32,000 nucleotides of DNA, taken from the NCBI RefSeq assembly GCF_020969955.1, contig NZ_JAHDSX010000006.1:54731-86730 (forward strand). The letters run 5' to 3'. The translations under genes were made by a program, and so were the position numbers. The notes beneath the pieces are model-generated. The model did not search any database, had not been told where the DNA came from, and saw only the letters and a program-made list of their open reading frames with translations. Positions 26,636-32,000 of this stretch are shown in pieces (the stretch's first letter is position 1; each line of letters begins with the position of its first letter). Source of the DNA: Allobaculum fili (GTDB lineage Bacteria > Bacillota_I > Bacilli_A > Erysipelotrichales > Erysipelotrichaceae).

Positions 26636-26819
26636 AGGTTCTCCTTTACCCGCATATCCTGCGGAGCGAAAGTGAAATATTCATAACGCTTACCTATTAT
26701 TCTATCCGGAACGGATAGGGGCTTCAACCTTGCCCGGCGCAGGGGGAAATTGTCCGAAACCTCAGAGTGGGCACAAAAAAATCATAAAAGACTTGACAAA
26801 GGGTGAGCGAAAAGCTGTT

Positions 26820-26828
26820 TGCTATAAT
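26820..26828 (+). promoter_or_regulatory. Extended -10 promoter element upstream of prfA
   Basis: TGCTATAAT. A TTGACA at 26793-26798 is 24 nt away, which is too far for a canonical -35. Confidence 0.45.
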
Positions 26829-26879
26829 GAAAACGATACGAACAAGAATACAGACTCAGAGGGAAGGATGAGATAAACA

Positions 26880-27959
26880 ATGGCAAAAATGGAAGAACGT
26901 CTCGACAGGCTTGCAGCGCGTCTGGATGAGATTAATGAAAAAATGATGGATCCAACGGTTGTCAGCGATCGCCGGCAGATGTCCAAACTTGGACGGGAAG
27001 CCAACGAACTGACACCGATTGTAGAAACCTATAACGAATACAAAGCAGCAGTTTCGGAACTGGAGGACGCCCGCGTGCTTCTCGAAGAACATGATAAGGA
27101 AATCCGGGAAATGGCCCAGATGGAAATCACGGAACTCGAACCGAAAATTGACGATTATATTGCTCGCCTCGAACTTCTGCTCGTTCCGACCGATCCGAAC
27201 GATTCTCATAACGCATTCATGGAAATCCGCGGAGCAGCCGGCGGCGACGAAGCCAATATTTTCGCAGGTGACCTGTACCGCATGTACGCCAAGTACGCTG
27301 AAGGCAAAGGCTGGAAAGTCGAAGTGACGGATGCAGAAGAATCCGAAGCCGGCGGCTATTCCCTGATTGCTTTTAAAGTCAGCGGCCAGCATGCCTATGG
27401 CACTTTGAAATATGAGAGCGGATCGCACCGTGTACAGCGCGTTCCAAAGACTGAGTCGCAGGGACGCATTCAGACTTCGACCGCGACAGTTCTGTGCTAT
27501 CCGGAAATTGATGAAGAAGATTTCGATATCGATATGAACGATCTGGAAATCGAGACCATGCGTGCGTCCGGAGCCGGCGGTCAGCACGTAAACAAAACGG
27601 ACTCCGCTGTCCGCGTTATTCATAAGCCGACCGGCATCGTCGTTAAATGCCAGGACGGCCGTTCCCAGCATGAAAACCGTGCGACGGCTCTGGCAACGAT
27701 CGCTGCACGTGTCAAAGAAGAACATCAGCGCGCCATCGACGAAAAGAACGAGGCAGAGCGCAAGACCAAAATCGGTACCGGCGATCGCGCGGAAAAAATT
27801 CGTACGTACAACTATCCGCAGAACCGTGTCACCGATCATCGCATCGGCTATACCGTAAACCAGCTCGACCGCATTATTGACGGCCGTCTGGAAGATCTGA
27901 TGCAGGCGCTGCAGAAAGCGGACCAGCAGGCGAAGCTGGCTGGAGAATCGCTGTCATGA
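26880..27959 (+). CDS. prfA: Peptide chain release factor 1
   Basis: The GGQ motif SGAGGQHVNKTDSAVR and the RF1-type PxT tripeptide (RVQRVPKTESQGRIQTS) are present. The product is 359 aa and prmC follows. Confidence 0.96.
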   Translation: MAKMEERLDRLAARLDEINEKMMDPTVVSDRRQMSKLGREANELTPIVETYNEYKAAVSELEDARVLLEEHDKEIREMAQMEITELEPKIDDYIARLELLLVPTDPNDSHNAFMEIRGAAGGDEANIFAGDLYRMYAKYAEGKGWKVEVTDAEESEAGGYSLIAFKVSGQHAYGTLKYESGSHRVQRVPKTESQGRIQTSTATVLCYPEIDEEDFDIDMNDLEIETMRASGAGGQHVNKTDSAVRVIHKPTGIVVKCQDGRSQHENRATALATIAARVKEEHQRAIDEKNEAERKTKIGTGDRAEKIRTYNYPQNRVTDHRIGYTVNQLDRIIDGRLEDLMQALQKADQQAKLAGESLS

Positions 27960-28834
27960 TGCGTTACCGCGATCTTCTGAGCGAAGGCAAGGATCGCATG
28001 GTAGCGGCTGGTCAGTCCGATCAGGCGGCGATGCTTCTGCTCAACGAGCTCTGCCAGAAAAAGGACATCAATCTGTATATGGATATGGATGAAGAAGTCG
28101 ATCCGGAAATTCAGACCGACTATCTTGAGGGGATTCACCGCATGGAAAAAGGCGAACCGCTCGGCTATGTCCTTGGCTATGAAAACTTTTATGGATACGA
28201 CTTTACCGTCAATGAAAACGTGCTGATCCCCCGTCCGGAAACAGAAGAACTGACCGGGCAGGTTCTGATTCAGTGCGATGTGCTGTGCGAGCAGATTGAA
28301 CACCCTGTTGTGTTTGATGTAGCCACCGGAAGCGGCGCCATCGGAATTACCCTTTCCCTGGAAAACGATCAGATCGACGTGTTCGCTTCCGATATTTCCC
28401 GGGAAGCCCTCGAAACGGCCTACGCCAACAATGAACGGTTAGGCGGTTCGGTTGTTTTTGTACAGGGCGATATGCTGGATCCGTTTATTTCCCGCAATAT
28501 GCACTGTGACCTTCTGGTGTCTAATCCGCCTTATATTCCGAAAAATGAAAAAATGGATCACAGCGTTGTGGACTATGAACCGAACGTGGCGCTGTTTGGC
28601 GGCGAAGATGGCCTTTACTTTTACCGGAAGATTTTCCAGAAAGCGGATCAGGTGCTCAATCCGGGCGGCGTGATGTGCTTTGAAATGGGCTGGGACCAGG
28701 GCGATCGTCTGAAAACGCTGGCTGCCAAGTTCTTCCCGGAAGCGGAAGTAACAGTCCTTAAGGATATCAATGGAAAAGACAGAATTCTGATTGTTCAGAT
28801 GGAGAAAGAAGGAACTAAACATGACCATGCGTAA
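27956..28834 (+). CDS. prmC: Release factor glutamine N5-methyltransferase PrmC/HemK
   Basis: The start has an ATGA overlap with prfA. IPRPETE, the SAM motif DVATGSGAIG and the catalytic NPPY (LLVSNPPYIP) are present. Confidence 0.93.
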   Translation: MMRYRDLLSEGKDRMVAAGQSDQAAMLLLNELCQKKDINLYMDMDEEVDPEIQTDYLEGIHRMEKGEPLGYVLGYENFYGYDFTVNENVLIPRPETEELTGQVLIQCDVLCEQIEHPVVFDVATGSGAIGITLSLENDQIDVFASDISREALETAYANNERLGGSVVFVQGDMLDPFISRNMHCDLLVSNPPYIPKNEKMDHSVVDYEPNVALFGGEDGLYFYRKIFQKADQVLNPGGVMCFEMGWDQGDRLKTLAAKFFPEAEVTVLKDINGKDRILIVQMEKEGTKHDHA

Positions 28835-29684
28835 CGATCCGTGCTGGTGCGGAAGCGGAAAGAAATACAAAAAGTGTCATGAAGCGTTTGACCGGACACT
28901 GATGGACCTGAAGAAAAAAGGGTGCAAGGTGCCCACGCATAAAATGATCAAGTCCGAAGAAGATCTGAAGTGGATCCGTGAAGCGGCGAAAGTCAATAAC
29001 GGCGCGCTCGACCTGGTGCAGTCCAAAATCAAGGCGGGCATGACGACCAACGAAATTGACAAGATGGTTCATGACTACACGATCGAGCACGGCGGCATTC
29101 CGGCCTGTCTGGGCTACGAAGGCTTTCCGAAAAGCTGCTGCACGTCGATTAACGATCAGGTTTGCCACGGCATTCCAGACGATACCGTTCTGGAAGACGG
29201 CGATATTGTCAACGTCGACTGCACGACGATCGTAAACGGCCATTATGCGGATGCATCGCGCATGTTCTGCATTGGCGAAGTCAGCCCGGCAGCCAAAAAG
29301 CTGGTGGATGTGACGAAAGAATGTCTGGAAGCAGGCATTGCGGCCGTGAAGCCGTGGGGACATCTTGGAGATGTCGGCGCAGCAATTCAGGAAATCGCGC
29401 ACGCCAACGGCTATTCCGTCGTTCTGGACTACTGCGGTCACGGAGTCGGCAACGACTTCCATGAAGATCCGATGGTCCAGCATGTGGGAACACGCGGGAC
29501 GGGCATCATTCTTGCACCGGGAATGGTGTTCACCATTGAACCGATGATCAATGAAGGCGTATGCAGTCTGTTCATCGACGCTGATAACGACTGGACCTCC
29601 TATACGGATGACGGCAAGCTCTCAGCACAATGGGAACATACGATTGCGGTTCACGATGACGGCGTGGAAATCATCGCCTGGTAA
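28821..29684 (+). CDS. map: Type I methionine aminopeptidase with N-terminal SEC-C zinc motif
   Basis: The start MTMRNDPCWCGSGKKYKKCH is a SEC-C motif. The MAP core has GYEGFPKSCCTSINDQVCHGIP, the metal ligands D..D and ...CGHGVG..., and EHT. AGAAGGA lies 7 nt upstream of ATG 28821. Confidence 0.93.
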   Translation: MTMRNDPCWCGSGKKYKKCHEAFDRTLMDLKKKGCKVPTHKMIKSEEDLKWIREAAKVNNGALDLVQSKIKAGMTTNEIDKMVHDYTIEHGGIPACLGYEGFPKSCCTSINDQVCHGIPDDTVLEDGDIVNVDCTTIVNGHYADASRMFCIGEVSPAAKKLVDVTKECLEAGIAAVKPWGHLGDVGAAIQEIAHANGYSVVLDYCGHGVGNDFHEDPMVQHVGTRGTGIILAPGMVFTIEPMINEGVCSLFIDADNDWTSYTDDGKLSAQWEHTIAVHDDGVEIIAW

Positions 29685-29716
29685 GCTTCAAAAACAGATT
29701 TTAGTTTTTCAATACG

Positions 29717-29755
29717 GCAGGATACTTTCAGAAAACGAAAGTATCCTGCTTTTTT
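29717..29755 (+). terminator. Rho-independent terminator of prfA-prmC-map
   Basis: A perfect 13-bp stem gcaggatactttc/gaaagtatcctgc has a 7-nt loop and a T6 tract. Confidence 0.9.
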
Positions 29756-29893
29756 ACGAATCTGAGGATAGCAGCTACTCTCCGATCCGCACATGGCGAC
29801 AGGGAATAGCCGTCCAAACGTGTCTTAAAAAATCAGAATCTTAAAAAGAAACGAATAGAGTGAAAAAAATCCATATAAAAATGGTGAATTGGA

Positions 29894-29925
29894 TGAATTG
29901 AAATAGTAAACGCAACCATTGAACT
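29894..29925. repeat. Left terminal inverted repeat of the IS
   Basis: tgaattgaaatagtaaacgcaaccattgaact equals the reverse complement of 31653-31684 except for one base (C/T at position 18). Confidence 0.85.
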
Positions 29926-29941
29926 GATAAAAACGAGCGTT

Positions 29942-29957
29942 CCATTTACTGTTTCAA
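29942..29957. repeat. Extra, inverted partial copy of the IS end, 17 nt inside the left IR
   Basis: ccatttactgtttcaa matches IRR positions 31666-31680 (catttactatttcaa) at 14/15 bases. It therefore forms a small inverted pair with the left IR. Confidence 0.6.
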
Positions 29958-30072
29958 AAATCTACTTTTCCTCTCAATTTCCTTTATCTAAGCCAGGAAA
30001 CTGAGGGGATTTTTCTTTTACCAGGGCCGCGTTTCGCCTTTTCTGTGCTTCCATGCTAAAATTTTTGAGTTG

Positions 30073-30089
30073 GAAGGACTAAATGCAAC
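30073..30089 (+). repeat. Internal 17-nt repeat GAAGGACTAAATGCAAC (copy 1; a 12-nt partial copy is at 30134-30145)
   Basis: This copy is identical to 31629-31645 and has one mismatch to 31602-31618. It shares the TAAAYGCAAC core with both terminal IRs. Confidence 0.8.
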
Positions 30090-30200
30090 CACGACAAAAA
30101 GAGCAGTTGATTAGTGTATTTTTTTGCTCCGATACTAAATGCAACTGCCAAATATGTGAATTAAGGTGTGTTCGTTCTCCTTCTTAACTCTAGTTATTGT

Positions 30201-31502
30201 TTAGCGAGTTAACAGATCTGGCTTCAAGTGGACAGAAGCCGGATCTATTTTTTTGATTCCTAGTTTTTCCAGAATTTCAGAAGATTTTTCCAGAAAGCGG
30301 AAACAATCGTACGGGGTATGACCGTGCAGACTTTTTAATCCATATGAGTTGATATGCGAGATGGCGATGTTCAGCTGCTCCTGACTGGTCAGTCCCAGCT
30401 TGACTAAATCAAAAATATGGCTGCCTCGGTTCTTCAGGAAAATTCTCCTTAAAAGAAGATGTTTGTTCTCAACGGAGGTTTTCTGGATGGACTGCATCGG
30501 ATCGCAGTAAAACACTTTCACACCGAGTGCTTCGATTTCTTCGACTGCAGTAAATTCTGAACCGCGATCGGTCAGAATCACCGCGAACAGTCGTCGGAAA
30601 GTCTGGGCTCCAAGCTGATCGTGGAGAGTTTTAAGCCCTTCATACATCGCCTGAGCGGTCTTTTCTGTGTGGTAGACAGCGAGAAACAGATGGTGCGGAT
30701 CGCGAAATAGAAAAGTCTGCATGAATGGCCCGTTGGTTACGTCGTTATAGACCGTATCCATTTCAACTACCGATACATTTGGGTGTGAAGCGAGGTGTTT
30801 CTGAAAATCCTCATAAGTTCGGCCTCGAACCACAGAATTGTCTTTCCGCTTTTTCGTTTTGATAGAGGGCTTGAATCGGATTTCTCGCTTTACCTTAAGG
30901 GGGAGATCGATATTTAAGACTCCCTGATCGGCTAATTCCCGGTGTTCGATCCAGGTATAGACAGTACGCTCCGTTACTGGGATCTCTGGGCAGCGCTGAC
31001 AGATAGAGGAAAGAGACTGCCCGTTTTTAACTCCTTCACTGATGATGCGTTTCACATATTGGAATTCTTCACCGGTAAGGTTGATCCCAGTGCGTGATTC
31101 TCTAAGAGTTTCTTCGTACTCCTCCTGCGCCTGTTTCGCTTTGTAGAGGCGCTTTTCGAGTTTGCATCGCCGAGGCCGATGGGCTTTAGGACATCCGTTG
31201 CACAATCCTTTTTTGTCTCTGAATTCGCGAGGAATCGGCTTTCGCTTTTTACATGGAGATTTACAAATCCCGTTGTCAGGGCTGCATTCATGAATACAGA
31301 CGCAATCCCAGATGACAGCTTTACCGTTGGAATCAGATTCCTTAAGACACGGCTGAAAGGAAATGTGCGTTTTGACTTCGCGGCTGACGGTGCTTTTAGA
31401 CTTGTCGATCTGTCGGGCGATTTCAGGCATAGAAAGCCCCTGGTCCAGACTGTCTTGAATCAGTTTTCGAGTGACAGCGTTGAGATGTTTTTGATTAGGC
31501 AT
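30201..31502 (-). CDS. IS30-family DDE transposase (N-terminal HTH, Cys-rich insert)
   Basis: GGAGG lies 5 nt before the ATG at 31502 (MPNQKHLNAVTRKLIQDSLDQGLSMPEIARQIDKSKSTVSREV, an IS30-type HTH). The catalytic candidates are D in VEMDTV, D in ILTDRGSEF and E in SVENKH. The second D and the E are 33 residues apart, which is the IS30 DD(33)E hallmark. Confidence 0.8.
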   Translation of the reverse strand: MPNQKHLNAVTRKLIQDSLDQGLSMPEIARQIDKSKSTVSREVKTHISFQPCLKESDSNGKAVIWDCVCIHECSPDNGICKSPCKKRKPIPREFRDKKGLCNGCPKAHRPRRCKLEKRLYKAKQAQEEYEETLRESRTGINLTGEEFQYVKRIISEGVKNGQSLSSICQRCPEIPVTERTVYTWIEHRELADQGVLNIDLPLKVKREIRFKPSIKTKKRKDNSVVRGRTYEDFQKHLASHPNVSVVEMDTVYNDVTNGPFMQTFLFRDPHHLFLAVYHTEKTAQAMYEGLKTLHDQLGAQTFRRLFAVILTDRGSEFTAVEEIEALGVKVFYCDPMQSIQKTSVENKHLLLRRIFLKNRGSHIFDLVKLGLTSQEQLNIAISHINSYGLKSLHGHTPYDCFRFLEKSSEILEKLGIKKIDPASVHLKPDLLTR

Positions 31503-31601
31503 AAGGCCCTCCTGTCTGTTTTGGAAGGAGAACATAGAAGACTGGCCGAATCGGTCAGTACATTTTTCGCTAAACAAGAACGACCTTAGGTTATCTGGAC
31601 T

Positions 31602-31645
31602 GAAGGACTAAACGCAACGATTGTGGTTGAAGGACTAAATGCAAC
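31602..31645 (+). repeat. Two tandem copies (27-nt phase) of the 17-nt repeat GAAGGACTAAAYGCAAC, upstream of the transposase gene
   Basis: The copies are at 31602-31618 and 31629-31645. Read on the minus strand they contain TTGCGT and TTGCAT (-35-like hexamers) in the transposase promoter region. The second copy and the IRR form the inverted pair TAAATGCAAC-N16-GTTGCATTTA. Confidence 0.8.
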
Positions 31646-31652
31646 GAGAAAG

Positions 31653-31684
31653 AGTTCAATGGTTGCATTTACTATTTCAATTCA
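31653..31684. repeat. Right terminal inverted repeat of the IS
   Basis: agttcaatggttgcatttactatttcaattca is the reverse complement of the left IR, matching 31/32. Confidence 0.85.
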
Positions 31685-31793
31685 CTACCTTCTTTTCGTA
31701 CACAAAACCAACATTTTATCAGTGCCCGAAACCTGCAAAATTACAGTACCCTTAACAGAAGACATATGGCTTCACCTTTAAGATGAAATAACC

Positions 31794-31843
31794 AACGGCC
31801 GGAATCCCCGTATTTATAGCGGATTCCGGCCGTTTTGCGTTTC
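31794..31843 (+). terminator. Strong terminator-like hairpin with no intact upstream plus-strand gene
   Basis: A perfect 14-bp stem aacggccggaatcc/ggattccggccgtt has a 13-nt loop and is followed by ttttgcgttt. Confidence 0.6.
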
Positions 31844-31909
31844 CTTTGAATTATTCAGGTCATCAGTGATAAAGTAAGCGTCAAATAAAAGACGGGTATT
31901 TTCTCGACC

Positions 31910-31943
31910 GCCTCCTTGGGATAATTCCTTTATTCAAGGAGGC
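31910..31943 (+). promoter_or_regulatory. Hairpin that sequesters the Shine-Dalgarno of the downstream gene
   Basis: gcctccttg (31910-31918) pairs perfectly with caaggaggc (31935-31943). The 3' arm contains the AAGGAGG located 7 nt before ATG 31950. Confidence 0.5.
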
Positions 31944-31949
31944 TTTTTC

Positions 31950-32000
31950 ATGGAATCAATCATCCCTGCAATCGATCTCGGTATCGATTTCTCCAAAGTT
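31950..32000 (+). CDS. 5' end of an unidentified protein-coding gene (MESIIPAIDLGIDFSKV...), truncated by window edge
   Basis: AAGGAGG has optimal 7-nt spacing to the ATG, and the frame is open to the end of the window. It is too short to assign a family. Confidence 0.5.
   Translation, partial: MESIIPAIDLGIDFSKV

Larger units (their letters stand above)
29894..31684 (-). mobile_element. IS30-family insertion sequence (1791 bp), apparently intact
   Basis: 32-bp terminal inverted repeats match at 31/32 positions and bracket a single transposase ORF. The flanks are AT-rich and the element lies between map and the next gene. No target-site duplication is visible. Confidence 0.8.

Noticed and set aside
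1-32000. Stop-codon reassignment, considered because of the RF1 His-to-Gln change.
   Set aside because: TAA, TAG and TGA all terminate well-supported genes at expected lengths in this window. Examples are rpoE and galU with TAG, and rqcP, parA and prfA with TGA.
1-32000. A search for tRNA, rRNA, CRISPR repeats, parS and DnaA-box clusters.
   Set aside because: I found no GTTCGAATC-type T-arm context, no rRNA-like conserved blocks and no regularly spaced direct repeats. I also found no TGTTNCACGTGAAACA match and no TTATCCACA clusters by eye. A covariance-model scan would be needed to be certain.

Overview
This window looks like ordinary chromosomal sequence at about 50% GC from a Firmicutes-type genome. 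The evidence is an RNA polymerase delta subunit gene (rpoE), comFA/comFC, rqcP, DUF1934-argS and pth-mfd synteny, which suggests a Bacilli/Erysipelotrichia-like lineage. I cannot confirm the lineage without a database search. I support 27 coding regions, nearly all housekeeping. In order they are khpB/jag (partial), a small HTH protein, pth, mfd, rqcP, an HD-domain phosphohydrolase, DUF1934, argS, rpoE and a DUF4230-like membrane protein. They continue with rsmG, parA, parB, an Lsa-family ABC-F protein, a DUF5662-like protein, glf, rpmE, comFA and a ComFC-like ORF. The rest are a 536-aa bitopic coiled-coil protein, a short glmU homologue, prs, tatD, galU, prfA, prmC and map. One apparently intact IS30-family insertion sequence lies at 29894-31684, and a partial gene starts at 31950. 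Many rho-independent terminators and a few sigma-A-type promoters are readable. I saw no rRNA, tRNA, CRISPR array, parS site or T-box. I found no convincing novel multi-gene system such as a defence island, retron or DGR. The unusual points are local. (1) The IS has six copies of a TAAAYGCAAC core, three of them inside a 17-nt direct repeat, plus an extra nested end. (2) The Lsa-like ABC-F gene has a long leader with an intrinsic terminator and two mini-ORFs that both begin ATGAATTCT. (3) The ComFC-like ORF is in the -1 frame of comFA, has no usable start codon and lacks a recognisable PRTase motif. (4) The GlmU homologue lacks the acetyltransferase half. (5) A 536-aa membrane protein carries a (D/E)-Tyr codon-repeat tract. 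(6) Smaller oddities are a Pth tail, His-to-Gln in the GRIHTS motif of RF1, and a probably leaderless rsmG. All family names come from motif recognition by eye, not from searches.
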